From Escherichia phage ECML-10, in the sequence record OL631479.1: 64,000 nucleotides of DNA. One strand, written 5' to 3'. The notes below the pieces were generated by a model. That model did no database searches. It was not told the origin of the DNA and was given only the letters and a program-made list of their open reading frames with translations. Shown here piece after piece: positions 8,820 to 19,116 of the stretch (its first letter is position 1; each line of letters begins with the position of its first letter). A program made the position numbers and the translations under genes.

Positions 8820-11131
8820 TCACCAAGGTAATTAAAAGCAACGGATGTGAAGTGGCATTCGATCCAGAACGTTTAAATAAGGCAGCTATTTTCGGTGACG
8901 ACGGTAACGGCAATTGGTCACATATTGCACTGGATGCATACAAACGACTGTATGATGGATGTACAACCAAAGAAGTTAACCAAGCTATCATAGACTCCTG
9001 TGTTAGCCGTAAAGACGAAGCACATTCCTGTATGGCTGGTCGTGTTCTTATTGGTCAGATTTATAAAGAGGCTTTTGGAGGGTTTACAAAGATCCCTTCC
9101 TTACCATCATTTTACAACGACATGGTTGAGAAAGGGTATTGGGAGGATATGGGATATAGCTTTACCGAGCTAAACACTTTAGACGCTGTTATTGACCACA
9201 GTAAAGATCTCGGTTATGGCTATGCAGTCCTTAAACAGTTTCGCGACAAATACGGGATCAAGGATACTCTTAAAGACACCTTGTTTGAATCTCCCCAGAT
9301 GATGTTTATGGGGATAGCAATGGCTGTCATGAAGAATATGCCGAAAGAACGTCGTATCAACGATGTTGTAAAATTATACACTTATCTGTCCGACTTAAAG
9401 ATCAATGCCCCGACACCGTACTTAAACGGGCTGCGCACAGGTAAGACAGGGTATGCATCTTGTTGTGTAATAAAAGCTGACGATACAGCAAAATCTATTG
9501 GTGTGGCACGTGAAGTTGCGTACACAATGACGGTTAACCAAGCAGGTATCGGCTACTATTTATCATCAAGATCTGCAGGTGATGGTGTTCGCGGTAACAC
9601 TATTAAACACATGGGTAAGATTCCATATTATCGAGGTATTGACGCTGGGGTTAAGGAGAACAGGCAACAATCACGTGGCGGTTCTGCAACAGTATCATTC
9701 CTTGCACTAGACCCGCAGATTGATGAGCTAATCCGCTTGAGAAACCCTATGACTGTTGCTTCAAAAAGAATCAACACCATGGACTACTCCATCGGTATTA
9801 ATAGGTCGTTTATCAACCGTGTGGCTAAGAATTTAGATTGGATGCTTGTTTCTTATAAGCACGCTCCTCAACTGCATGAGGGTATCTTCACCATGTCTAT
9901 GGAGGAGTTTGATGCAGAGGTTGATCGTATTGCTAAAGATGACAGTATCCCTAAAACATGGATCCGAGCCAGAGATCTTGCTGTTGAACTGATCACGCAG
10001 CGTACTGAGGTGGGAAGGCTGTATGTATACTGGACAGATGAGATGAATAGACATACACCTTTTAAAGATGTGATCTATTCAAGTAACCTGTGTGCAGAAA
10101 TAGCCCTCCCTACAAAAGGCTATTCAGATATGCGTAATATCTTCAAGTACGATGCTGATGATGGAGAGGTTGCATTGTGCTTCCTGTCATCTCTTGTAGC
10201 TGGAAGGGTTACTCCAGAGGAGTATGAGGATGTTGCATACTACACGGTGCTTATGATTGACAATGTTATGGAAATCATGACATATCCGTATGAAAATATG
10301 GAAAGCACAGTTAAAAAACGCAGATCCATCGGGGTTGGCCTTACCAATGTTGCACATTTTATTGCCAGCCACAAGGTTACTTACGGATCTCCTGAAAGTA
10401 AACAGCTTGTTCACGATCTTGCAGAACTTCACAGCTACAGCTTGCATAAGGCAAGTTTACGGTTGGCAAAAGAGCGTGGTGTCTGCGAGTGGATGCATAA
10501 AACAAAATATCCAGAAGGTTGGTTACCAATCGACACCTATAACAAAGAGGTCGATAGCGTGGTGAAAGATCCTTCTCTTAAACAGGATTGGGAAGGGTTA
10601 CGTAAAGAAATTATTGAAAATGGTGGGCTACGTAATAGCGTTCTTGAAGCATATATGCCTAATGAAAGCTCTTCGCTGGCAACAAACACCACTAACGGGG
10701 TTTATCCTGTCCGTGAGCACATTATCTTTAAAAAGTCGCCACAAGGGCAGGTGCTGTTTATCGTTCCTGACTATGATGAGTTGAAAGAGTATTACACCTC
10801 GGCTTGGGACGTTGATACTAACGACATGATCGATATGTATGCTGTGATTCAAAAATTTACAGGTCAGGCAATCAGCGCGGATTTATACATAGACTACACC
10901 AAGTTGAAAGATGGTAAAATTTCAATGAAGGAGCAGCTAGGGTACCTTATCCGTGCCACTAAATTCGGGATGAAGACATGGTATTATTTAAACTCCAGGG
11001 TTGGTGCTGGTGACTCATTGGCAGAGGAACTTCATGCCAAGAAACAGGCTGAAGATGAAACCAGAAAGAACTACCCTTTGATTGCAGATAGTTCGGTTGA
11101 AGATCCGTATTGCGAAAGTTGTGCACTATAA
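8816..11131 (+). CDS. nrdA: ribonucleotide reductase class Ia large subunit
   Basis: N-terminal ATP-cone (VIKSNGCEVAFDPERL), active-site NLCAEIALPT, 771 aa. Confidence 0.9.
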   Translation: MITKVIKSNGCEVAFDPERLNKAAIFGDDGNGNWSHIALDAYKRLYDGCTTKEVNQAIIDSCVSRKDEAHSCMAGRVLIGQIYKEAFGGFTKIPSLPSFYNDMVEKGYWEDMGYSFTELNTLDAVIDHSKDLGYGYAVLKQFRDKYGIKDTLKDTLFESPQMMFMGIAMAVMKNMPKERRINDVVKLYTYLSDLKINAPTPYLNGLRTGKTGYASCCVIKADDTAKSIGVAREVAYTMTVNQAGIGYYLSSRSAGDGVRGNTIKHMGKIPYYRGIDAGVKENRQQSRGGSATVSFLALDPQIDELIRLRNPMTVASKRINTMDYSIGINRSFINRVAKNLDWMLVSYKHAPQLHEGIFTMSMEEFDAEVDRIAKDDSIPKTWIRARDLAVELITQRTEVGRLYVYWTDEMNRHTPFKDVIYSSNLCAEIALPTKGYSDMRNIFKYDADDGEVALCFLSSLVAGRVTPEEYEDVAYYTVLMIDNVMEIMTYPYENMESTVKKRRSIGVGLTNVAHFIASHKVTYGSPESKQLVHDLAELHSYSLHKASLRLAKERGVCEWMHKTKYPEGWLPIDTYNKEVDSVVKDPSLKQDWEGLRKEIIENGGLRNSVLEAYMPNESSSLATNTTNGVYPVREHIIFKKSPQGQVLFIVPDYDELKEYYTSAWDVDTNDMIDMYAVIQKFTGQAISADLYIDYTKLKDGKISMKEQLGYLIRATKFGMKTWYYLNSRVGAGDSLAEELHAKKQAEDETRKNYPLIADSSVEDPYCESCAL

Positions 11132-11135
11132 TTTT

Positions 11136-11157
11136 AAAGGGGCTTCGGCCCCATTTT
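11136..11157 (+). terminator. intrinsic terminator
   Basis: GGGGC-ttcg-GCCCC hairpin followed by ATTTT. Confidence 0.55.
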
Positions 11158-11170
11158 AGAGGTTAGAATA

Positions 11171-12259
11171 ATGGCTGTATTTAATGCTGAGAACACCGCT
11201 CATAAAACTGGTGACTATCCGCTGTTTCTAGGACAGCAAATGGGTATGTATGACTCTATCAACAAAAAATATCCACAACTGTTTGAACTATACAAAAAAC
11301 AAAAAGAGCAAGATTGGGCAGAGGATGAAGTGGATTTGTCGCAATCTATTTCAGATTTTGTAACATGCTCCAAGTCAACTTATGACGTGATGGTGCAGAC
11401 CTTGATGTGGCAATGGGAGGCTGATAGCGTTGCGGCAAGATCGATCATCTGCCTCTTTTCACCATTCATCACTAATAGTGAGCTTTTCACTCTATTGATG
11501 AAACAGTCAGAGATTGAAGTTCTTCACGCACTAACTTACTCAGAGATTGTTAGACAATGCCTCCCCAATGCCCGTGAGATTATAGAAGAGATTCAGGAAA
11601 ACCAAAACGTTCTGAGCAGATCTGGCGTTATTGTCAAATACATGCAAGAGCTCGAGGTTATTGGTGCAAAATACCGACTGGATCCTTCTAGTGTTGAAGA
11701 AGATGTTGTGCGGAAATGCATTCTTAGAGCGCTTTTTGCACTTTTAGCCCTGGAAAGTATTGAGTTTATTGCAAGTTTTGCATGCACTTTCGCAGTAGCT
11801 GAACAGGGTATCTTTGTTCAGGTGGCGCAGCTTGTTCAAAAAATCATGCTTGACGAAATGCTACATTCGAAAGGTGATTTTGCCATCATTGATATCCTGC
11901 TTAATGATCCCACATGGGAGAAAAGCTTCCTTGAGATAAAGGGGGAGTTAAAAGAGATTCTTGATGAAGTACGAACCAAAGAGTACGGTTGGAGTGACTA
12001 TATTTTCAGCGAAGGAAGGGCGATTATAGGTCTTAACTCACCGTTGCTTAAAGAATGGGTTGACTATAACTGCTCACCGATTTATGATTACTACGACATC
12101 GACAAAGACTTTGTGCCGCCAACAAAGGACCCGCTACCGTTTATGCAGGTGTGGATGAAACCTTCATTGCAACAGACGGCGAACCAAGAAATGTCGAACA
12201 CTGACTACCGCGTCAACACAACTGTTAACGACGCTGAAGAAGAAATTTGGGAGTTTTAA
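11171..12259 (+). CDS. nrdB: ribonucleotide reductase class Ia small subunit
   Basis: 362 aa directly after nrdA; diiron-ligand-like E..H segments (LDEMLHSKGDF). Confidence 0.85.
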   Translation: MAVFNAENTAHKTGDYPLFLGQQMGMYDSINKKYPQLFELYKKQKEQDWAEDEVDLSQSISDFVTCSKSTYDVMVQTLMWQWEADSVAARSIICLFSPFITNSELFTLLMKQSEIEVLHALTYSEIVRQCLPNAREIIEEIQENQNVLSRSGVIVKYMQELEVIGAKYRLDPSSVEEDVVRKCILRALFALLALESIEFIASFACTFAVAEQGIFVQVAQLVQKIMLDEMLHSKGDFAIIDILLNDPTWEKSFLEIKGELKEILDEVRTKEYGWSDYIFSEGRAIIGLNSPLLKEWVDYNCSPIYDYYDIDKDFVPPTKDPLPFMQVWMKPSLQQTANQEMSNTDYRVNTTVNDAEEEIWEF

Positions 12260-12262
12260 TAT

Positions 12263-12541
12263 ATGAGCTGCGAAAAATCTTTTTTCATCATCATTTACGG
12301 TAAGGATAACTGCCCACATTGTGTCAGAGCAAAAGAATTTGCAATCAGCAAAGGTCTGCCTTTTGTATATAAGACACTTGGCGAGGGCTACACAAAAGAA
12401 GAGCTTATTGAGAAGTGTAGTCCAATCGTCCCCCGAACGTTGCCGCAGATCTTCTTAGAAAGCGATCTTGACAGTATCCATATAGGCGGTGCCGACGATT
12501 TCATCTCTTTTGTTAAGAATGGTTTTGGAGAGAAAAAGTGA
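12263..12541 (+). CDS. glutaredoxin/thioredoxin-like redoxin (NrdH/NrdC-like)
   Basis: CPHC active-site motif near N-terminus, 92 aa, between nrdB and nrdD. Confidence 0.6.
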   Translation: MSCEKSFFIIIYGKDNCPHCVRAKEFAISKGLPFVYKTLGEGYTKEELIEKCSPIVPRTLPQIFLESDLDSIHIGGADDFISFVKNGFGEKK

Positions 12542-13398
12542 AAGTTGTAAAACGGGACGGTAGAGAAGAGTTCTATAACGGAATTAAGGTGATCAAGGCG
12601 GCAGAGTCCGCCTTATTTGAGTCTGGACATACTGAAGAAGAAGCTTACCGGATCGCCTGCGAGGTTAATGAAGTTGTTGCTAACAATCTACCAACCGACC
12701 AGTGCACGATCTCTGTAAAAAATATCCATATCCTTGTTGAAGACGCTCTTATGGATATGGGTTTAAAATGTGCAGCCAGAGAATACATCCAGTATAGGCA
12801 GACAAGAGATAATAACAGAGAGGCAGGTGGAAAACTGCTCGCAGATATTAGTGGCTTCTTGGATCGCACTTGTGATGAATTTACAAAAGAAAACGCAAAT
12901 AAGCCTACCAATCATGTACACACTCATCGTGACCTGCTTGCAGGCATCCTTAGCAAACACCTTGCATCAACACAGATCCTGCCAGACCGTGTCTCAGAAG
13001 AGCACAATAAAGGCTTCATCCATGTGCATGATCTTGACTACTTGATCAGTCCGTTAACAAACTGTTGTTTGGTAAATTATCCAGATATGTTGGAAAACGG
13101 ATTCAACATTGGTAACGCCCATGTCAGTAAGCCGAAGTCAATAGGGGTTGCAACAACAATCCTTAGCCAAATCTCTAGTGCGGTAGCTAGTGCTCAATAT
13201 GGGGGTCAGACTATGAGCCATATTGATCATTATCTGGCACAGTATGCTGAAGCGACCTATGAGAAGAACCTTAAATTTTGCCAGGAACATTGGTTGCCAG
13301 ATGCTGAGACTGTTGCAATGCAAATGACAGATAAAGACGTATTTGACAGTATGCAGACATTACTTTATCAAATCAACACGTTAACCTCTGTCAACGGT
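12538..13398 (+). CDS. nrdD: anaerobic ribonucleotide reductase, exon 1
   Basis: GTG start overlapping upstream stop; ATP-cone N-terminus; ORF closes with a stop immediately after ...TSVNG, which continues in frame after the intron. Confidence 0.8.
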
Positions 13399-14195
13399 TA
13401 ACAAACTGGCCGTTGTAAAACTCTCCTAACCTCATAAGAGGGGTCGGTAAATCCGGCTAACGGGGAACGCTAAGGCGAAAGCTATGCCAATCCCGTGACT
13501 AGTTCTTACAGGAGTTGGAACGGTTGTAACGACTAACGAAAGGCAGAGATGCTTGACAAACATTTCTGAACCAAGTAGTGTAGGGGTTAGTTGAAATACT
13601 AACTTCGAAATGGAGAGGCTCTATGAAAAAGATCATTCTTAATGGTGAAGAATCAAACTATGTGATTGATGAGGTTGGAAACGTATACGGAAAACGTGGA
13701 ATGCTACACCCAATATTGTGGGGAGGTTATGGAAAAGGTAACAAGCATGTTAAACGCCGTTATATGTACTCTTTCAACCACAAAGGTAAAAAGATTCGAA
13801 TCCAAACCTCAAGGATTGTTGCCTTGTATTGTTTGCCGGATGTCCCAGAAGACCCTGAAAACTGGGAAGTGAATCATAAAGATGGCAATACATTGAATGA
13901 TCATCCGTCTAACCTAGAGTGGGTTTTGCCGGAAGATAATAAGAGACATGCTTTCCGAACAGGACTTTGTCCAGGTAAGTGCTATAGGAAAGTGCAGGCA
14001 TACAAAGGGAAAACCTTGGTGGGTGAATATCCTTCACTCTATGCCTGTGCAAAAGCCTTAAATTTGAACGTAGGTAACGTTCATAGGGCTATCGAAGGAA
14101 ATGCCGAAGGTAAGCATCTCACAATAAAGGGTTATTATCTTATTGAAGTAGAGTAAGAGATAGTCTGGCCCTGTGGAAACACAGGGAGGAGACAG
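13399..14195 (+). mobile_element. group I intron in nrdD carrying an HNH homing endonuclease ORF
   Basis: about 800 nt between nrdD halves; exon 1 ends in U, intron ends in G; fused junction reads TSVNG|QTPFITLSLG; structured non-coding flanks around the endonuclease ORF; boundaries approximate. Confidence 0.6.
13623..14156 (+). CDS. HNH homing endonuclease (intron-encoded)
   Basis: GGAGAGG RBS; motif WEVNHKDGNTLNDHPSNLEWVLPEDN typical of HNH family. Confidence 0.8.
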   Translation: MKKIILNGEESNYVIDEVGNVYGKRGMLHPILWGGYGKGNKHVKRRYMYSFNHKGKKIRIQTSRIVALYCLPDVPEDPENWEVNHKDGNTLNDHPSNLEWVLPEDNKRHAFRTGLCPGKCYRKVQAYKGKTLVGEYPSLYACAKALNLNVGNVHRAIEGNAEGKHLTIKGYYLIEVE

Positions 14196-15458
14196 CAGAC
14201 TCCATTCATCACATTAAGTTTAGGACTGGATACCTCGGTCTTTGGTAGAATGATTACCAAAAACTACTTGAAAGTCCACAAAATGGGTCTTGGTGAAGAA
14301 CGTATCACACCTGTGTTCCCTAAAGTGCTGTTCTTCCTAGAAGAGGGTGTCAACATGAACCCTGGAGATCCTAACTATGATTTGAAACGATTAGCTCTGG
14401 AATGCTCTGCAGAGCGGATTTATCCTGACTTTGTTTCTGTTCCACTAAATCGTAAAGTGACAGGCTCGACAGATGGTAAAGTAACGAGCATGGGTTGCCG
14501 GAGTTTTCTTAGCAAATACAATGACTTGGAAACAGGCGAGGAGAAATACCTTGGTAGATTTAACTTAGGCGTTGTTAGCCTTAACCTGCCAATGATTGCG
14601 GCAAAAGCTAAGACGGAAGGTGTTGATTTCTTTGCCGTTCTTGACGAGTATCTGGATTTGGCATATGAAGCTCACCTTGTAAGGGTTAACCGTCTGAAAG
14701 GCACCAAAGCAGGGCAGAACCCTATCATGTGGTGTGAAGGCGCTCTTGCTCGCCTGGATCCTGAAGAGAGTATTGATAAACTCTTCTATGACGGGTACGC
14801 TTCCATCAGTATTGGGTATATTGGTGTGTATGAAACCTGTCAGATTTTGGGCAGGGAGGGTGACAAGGCTTTAGCTCTTGGAATACTTCAGCACATGAGA
14901 GATGCTTGTGAGCGATACAAGAAGGAAAGTAGACTAGCGTTTAGCTTGTACGGCACCCCTTCTGAGAGTCTATGCTATAAAGCTGCAACCTGTCTGGATC
15001 GTGAATATCCTGAAGTGTTGAAGCACGAGCATGAATATCTCACCAACAGTTTCCATCAGCCAGTATGGATCAATAGCTCTCCTTTTGATAAGTGGGAGTA
15101 TGAGGAAGGTTTTGCTATGATCTCCTCTGGTGGCAACATCGGATACGTAGAGACACCAAATCTGAAAAACAACTTAGATGCTTTGGAAGCTCTTGTTGAT
15201 TTCGGATATAAACACATTATGTATTTTGGTATCAACCAGCCTGTGGATAAATGTCTCAAGTGTGGTTTCTCTGGTGAGTTCAGTGCAACAGCTAAAGGCT
15301 TTGTATGCCCAGAGTGCGGAAACCATGAAGAGGGAACGATCAGCGTAATTCGACGTGTGTCTGGATACCTTTCCAGTCCTAACTCTCGTCCTTACAATAA
15401 AGGTAAGCAAGCGGAAGTTATCGAGCGAGTTAAGCACTACGGAAGTTGTGGTTGCTGA
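14196..15458 (+). CDS. nrdD: anaerobic ribonucleotide reductase, exon 2
   Basis: C-terminal zinc ribbon CLKCG...CPECG and glycyl-radical motif RRVSGY; exon start inferred from reading-frame continuity. Confidence 0.8.
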   Translation, partial: QTPFITLSLGLDTSVFGRMITKNYLKVHKMGLGEERITPVFPKVLFFLEEGVNMNPGDPNYDLKRLALECSAERIYPDFVSVPLNRKVTGSTDGKVTSMGCRSFLSKYNDLETGEEKYLGRFNLGVVSLNLPMIAAKAKTEGVDFFAVLDEYLDLAYEAHLVRVNRLKGTKAGQNPIMWCEGALARLDPEESIDKLFYDGYASISIGYIGVYETCQILGREGDKALALGILQHMRDACERYKKESRLAFSLYGTPSESLCYKAATCLDREYPEVLKHEHEYLTNSFHQPVWINSSPFDKWEYEEGFAMISSGGNIGYVETPNLKNNLDALEALVDFGYKHIMYFGINQPVDKCLKCGFSGEFSATAKGFVCPECGNHEEGTISVIRRVSGYLSSPNSRPYNKGKQAEVIERVKHYGSCGC

Positions 15459-15524
15459 TACTTGACAAAAGCCACAAGGATGTGGCACACTTAGTTCAAA
15501 GATTAGAGCTAAGAAGGTTCAGCA

Positions 15525-16652
15525 GTGTCCAGAAAACTTACAACAGATGAGTTTATAAAGAGGGCAAAAGCAGTTCATGGAGATAAGTATGATTACTCTA
15601 AGGTTGAGTATGTAAATGCCTGCACCAAGGTTATAATTATCTGCCCATATCATGGAGAATTTGAACAAGCTACCCACCAACACCTTGCAGGACGAGGCTG
15701 CCGGGAATGTGGAAAGCTAAAAATGGCACAAAGCCACATTATACCACATAAGGAGTGGTTGAATGTTATCCAAGAGGTCAATCCTTATGTCGAAGTGATT
15801 GGAGAAATAATAAGCTGCAGAACAAAAGTGCCGTGCCGCTGCAAAATTTGCAGTCATGAATGGTCAGCAATGCCTTATCTTCTTAAACAAGGACATGGGT
15901 GCCCTAGATGCGGCAAGCTAAAATTCGCACAAAGCAGAGCTATAGCCCATACCGAGTGGGTCGAGGACATAACGAAGAAAAATACATATATTGAAATAGT
16001 AGAAAGGGTTAAAAATAGCGATACACCAGTATTGGCACGATGCAAAATTTGTAGTCATGAATGGTTAGCAAGACCATCCCATCTTAAACGAGGGCATGGG
16101 TGCCCTAGATGTAAAGGCAATGCAAAGAGATCCCATGTGGAATGGGTAGGGCATATAAAGGTTGTCAATCCAAGTATTAAAGTGCTTGGAAAAATTAAAA
16201 ACGGCAGTGCAAAAGTATTATGTAGGTGTAAGATTTGTGATTATGAATGGTCTCCTGCTCCTATTAGGCTCAAGCAAGGACATGGGTGCCCTAGATGTGC
16301 TAACTACGGCTTTTTATCGTACAATCACGGCAAACTTTACATTATGGTTGATGACTTAGAAGTACCAACACTTATGAAGATCGGTATTAGCGTCAGTGTC
16401 GAAGAGAGAAAAGATAGGATATTGAAAAGTGCCAAAAGGGCAGGGGTAGGTATTTATGATCTCTACCTGGCGAAAACGTGGGAAGGATCAACTCAAAACA
16501 TGGCAGATTTAGAAAAATCTGTGCATAAGGCCTTCAGCAAGTATAAAATAAACTTCCCTGTAAAATTTGATGGTAGCACAGAATTCTTCTACTACAGGCC
16601 TGAAGTGTTTGACACGGTGGAAGAAGTATACAGGAAGATTTGTGGTAAATGA
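15525..16652 (+). CDS. zinc-ribbon repeat protein with C-terminal T5orf172/GIY-YIG-like domain (putative freestanding homing endonuclease)
   Basis: GTG start; four repeats of C-x-I-C-x-H/Y-EW...GHGCPRC; C-terminus YIMVDD...KIGIS...TEFFY. Confidence 0.5.
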   Translation: MSRKLTTDEFIKRAKAVHGDKYDYSKVEYVNACTKVIIICPYHGEFEQATHQHLAGRGCRECGKLKMAQSHIIPHKEWLNVIQEVNPYVEVIGEIISCRTKVPCRCKICSHEWSAMPYLLKQGHGCPRCGKLKFAQSRAIAHTEWVEDITKKNTYIEIVERVKNSDTPVLARCKICSHEWLARPSHLKRGHGCPRCKGNAKRSHVEWVGHIKVVNPSIKVLGKIKNGSAKVLCRCKICDYEWSPAPIRLKQGHGCPRCANYGFLSYNHGKLYIMVDDLEVPTLMKIGISVSVEERKDRILKSAKRAGVGIYDLYLAKTWEGSTQNMADLEKSVHKAFSKYKINFPVKFDGSTEFFYYRPEVFDTVEEVYRKICGK

Positions 16653-16704
16653 TCGTAGAAAGATATGCATATCTTAAATATGCTATTAACTAAGGAGGTT
16701 CAGT

Positions 16705-16821
16705 ATGTCATCGGGTATCTATAAAATCTGCAAGTGCGGTTGTCATTGTAATCTTCGTTGGTGCAAGGCACTGGACGATTTTATTTGGCATTGCCCTAAA
16801 TGTGATGCGGAGTATCTATGA
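16705..16821 (+). CDS. small Cys-rich protein (38 aa)
   Basis: strong AAGGAGG RBS; CKCGCHCN...HCPKCD; stop overlaps nrdG start (ATGA). Confidence 0.4.
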   Translation: MSSGIYKICKCGCHCNLRWCKALDDFIWHCPKCDAEYL

Positions 16822-17291
16822 ACATTGCCGGATACACAGAAATATCTTACACCGAAGGGCCAGGTATTAGAACTGCCTTATGGGTATCTGGGTGCCCACA
16901 CGCCTGCCCTGGTTGCTTTAATCAGGCATTTTGGTCAAAAGATAAAGGAAGAGAGTTCACTGAAGAAGACTTGCAAAAAATCTTGTCAGATTTAGATAAC
17001 CCGTCTGTGTGCGGTATCTCTCTGCTGGGTGGAGAACCCTTAGCATACTATAATGAGCCAGATATTATTAACCTGATGGAGAAAATTAAGGAAAAATTTG
17101 GTGACAAGAAAACTATTCTTGTATATACTGGGTTCACATTTGACCATATCTCTAGCGATGTTCTTAAACTGGCTGATATCATCATTGACGGTAAGTATGT
17201 AAAAGATTTACCAACCAAGAAACCGTTCCGAGGTAGCGATAACCAAAGAATGTTTAAAAAAGTATCAGGCGGTTGGGTTCAGGTAGACTAG
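16818..17291 (+). CDS. nrdG: anaerobic ribonucleotide reductase activating protein
   Basis: radical-SAM cluster motif CPHACPGC near N-terminus, 157 aa, adjacent to nrdD. Confidence 0.8.
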   Translation: MNIAGYTEISYTEGPGIRTALWVSGCPHACPGCFNQAFWSKDKGREFTEEDLQKILSDLDNPSVCGISLLGGEPLAYYNEPDIINLMEKIKEKFGDKKTILVYTGFTFDHISSDVLKLADIIIDGKYVKDLPTKKPFRGSDNQRMFKKVSGGWVQVD

Positions 17292-17294
17292 TTG

Positions 17295-17324
17295 TTGACA
17301 AAGCTTTGTTTAGATAGGTATAAT
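17295..17324 (+). promoter_or_regulatory. sigma70-like promoter
   Basis: TTGACA-18 nt-TATAAT. Confidence 0.55.
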
Positions 17325-17355
17325 TATCGTAAAATGAAAGCAGAGGAGGTGCCAA

Positions 17356-17469
17356 ATGGCTAAAAAAGCCTTGAAGAAGGCGTACAAGAAAGAGATTGCG
17401 CTTGAGCTTAAGAAAAAACACAAGCGTGAAAAGAAACATCATGAGGATGAAGAGGGGGTGCAACAGTGA
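17356..17469 (+). CDS. small Lys-rich basic protein (37 aa)
   Basis: GAGGAGG RBS; MAKKALKKAYKKEIALELKKKHKREKK; stop overlaps next start. Confidence 0.35.
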   Translation: MAKKALKKAYKKEIALELKKKHKREKKHHEDEEGVQQ

Positions 17470-17816
17470 CACAAGAACGTATCGATTTGGCTAATAAGTT
17501 TGTAGATCTCATTTTGCCACGGTTAGTTACTCAACATGCAGACGCTATTTCTACTAATCTTGATGGCTTACGTCTAATGCTAAATCGCACAGATGACCCT
17601 CGTATTCGGGCTGATTTAGAAGCCTCTGCCAACAAACTGGAAAAGTTCTTGCAAGTAGATACGCAAGAAGCCTTACACAAGATTATGGTGGAAGGTTTCT
17701 CTAAAGAATTTACCATTAAAGAGCTTAAGGAGCTGATCCACCAAGAAGAGATGAATATCCGAGTTCAGGCTGTTGCAAGCAGCATGGAGGCGGCTATTGA
17801 AAAACTGTTGCAGTAA
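17466..17816 (+). CDS. hypothetical protein
   Basis: 116 aa ORF, GTG start. Confidence 0.4.
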   Translation: MTQERIDLANKFVDLILPRLVTQHADAISTNLDGLRLMLNRTDDPRIRADLEASANKLEKFLQVDTQEALHKIMVEGFSKEFTIKELKELIHQEEMNIRVQAVASSMEAAIEKLLQ

Positions 17817-17854
17817 AAGTACTTGGCACATCTCAATCTGAAAGGAGTCCCAAC

Positions 17855-18643
17855 ATGGGTCGAGCTAAAGAAACAAAACGCATGCGTGATGAAGCTAGAG
17901 AGGCTCGCAAATCTGATCGCCTGCGTAAGGCTGCTGAGAAATTTGCTGACGAACGAGAGCACACCGCTCCAGCTCTCCGACCAATGAATAAAAAGCAGCA
18001 AAAGTATCTTGATTATCTAGGGTCACGTAAGATTATTATTGTAAACGGTGTGTTTGGATCCGGTAAGACATTCATGGCATCTGCATATGCAGGTGATCTT
18101 CTGCGTAAGAATGAGATTGATAAGATCATTGTTGCACGTCCTTATGTACAGACCGGAAAATCAAGCGGATACAAACCGGGAACGTCAATGCAGAAGCTTT
18201 GGCCTTACCTTCGTAGTATGATGGACACGATTTGTCGTCGTGTTGGCAAAGGTGCTTTTGCCGCAATGCTGGGAGACGGTCAGAACAGCCGTATCGAGAT
18301 TTGTGAAGTTGAAAGCATTCGTGGTCGTAGTTTCGATGAGCGATGCTTTGTCCTGATTGACGAGGCACAGCAAACTAACCCTGAAGAAATGTTGTCAATT
18401 ATCACAAGGATCTCTGATCAGGCCACCCTTGTAATTATGGGCGATAATAGCCAACGTGACATCCCTGGTAAATCTGGCCTTGCATGGGTGACGGATTTCT
18501 TTACTCGTCATCCAGATCCTGAGGTTGGAATGATCAGCTTTGATAGTCCAGACGATGTCGTTCGTTCCGGGTTGGGTCGTCAGATTGCACTCAATCTTAT
18601 TGAGGATCGTGCAAATCATATTTGGACCCCTGTTTCCGAGTAA
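17855..18643 (+). CDS. phoH: PhoH-like ATPase
   Basis: Walker A GVFGSGKTFMAS and overall PhoH-like layout; GGAG RBS. Confidence 0.85.
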   Translation: MGRAKETKRMRDEAREARKSDRLRKAAEKFADEREHTAPALRPMNKKQQKYLDYLGSRKIIIVNGVFGSGKTFMASAYAGDLLRKNEIDKIIVARPYVQTGKSSGYKPGTSMQKLWPYLRSMMDTICRRVGKGAFAAMLGDGQNSRIEICEVESIRGRSFDERCFVLIDEAQQTNPEEMLSIITRISDQATLVIMGDNSQRDIPGKSGLAWVTDFFTRHPDPEVGMISFDSPDDVVRSGLGRQIALNLIEDRANHIWTPVSE

Positions 18644-18687
18644 TACAGAAGGGTGGTTATTCCACCCTTAAATATCTAAAACAGTTG

Positions 18688-18716
18688 TTGACAAATAGGC
18701 AAGCTTTAGATATTAT
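18688..18716 (+). promoter_or_regulatory. sigma70-like promoter
   Basis: TTGACA-17 nt-TATTAT; spacer resembles that of the promoter at 17295. Confidence 0.5.
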
Positions 18717-18742
18717 TATCGGACAAAACAAGGAGAAGGACA

Positions 18743-19056
18743 GTATGGCCACAATACAAGAGAAACTGAATAAAATATACTGCCTGTTTGTCTATAACGG
18801 CGAGACAATTTTGGCATATAAAGGATCCAAGAATGTATGGATCAAGGACAGTGGTGGTAATATAATCAATTTAGCGTTGCTACGTGAGCGCCGACACAGA
18901 TTCTTTATCGAGTCTAGAATTATTGAAAGTAGTACCTGCTACAGAACAGGCGATAAAGTAATTGTTGACAATGATACGTGGTATGTGGTAGACTGGCAAT
19001 CATTGAGCTGTGATGCTTCTGACAATCGTAAGTACTCTATAGTGATTGCTAAATAA
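18743..19056 (+). CDS. hypothetical protein
   Basis: ATG after AAGGAGAAGG RBS downstream of promoter. Confidence 0.45.
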
Positions 19057-19116
19057 AGGTAAATGTGAATCAGGTTTAAATAAATAGCTTTCAACTTCCA
19101 ATATTAAGGATTTCTC

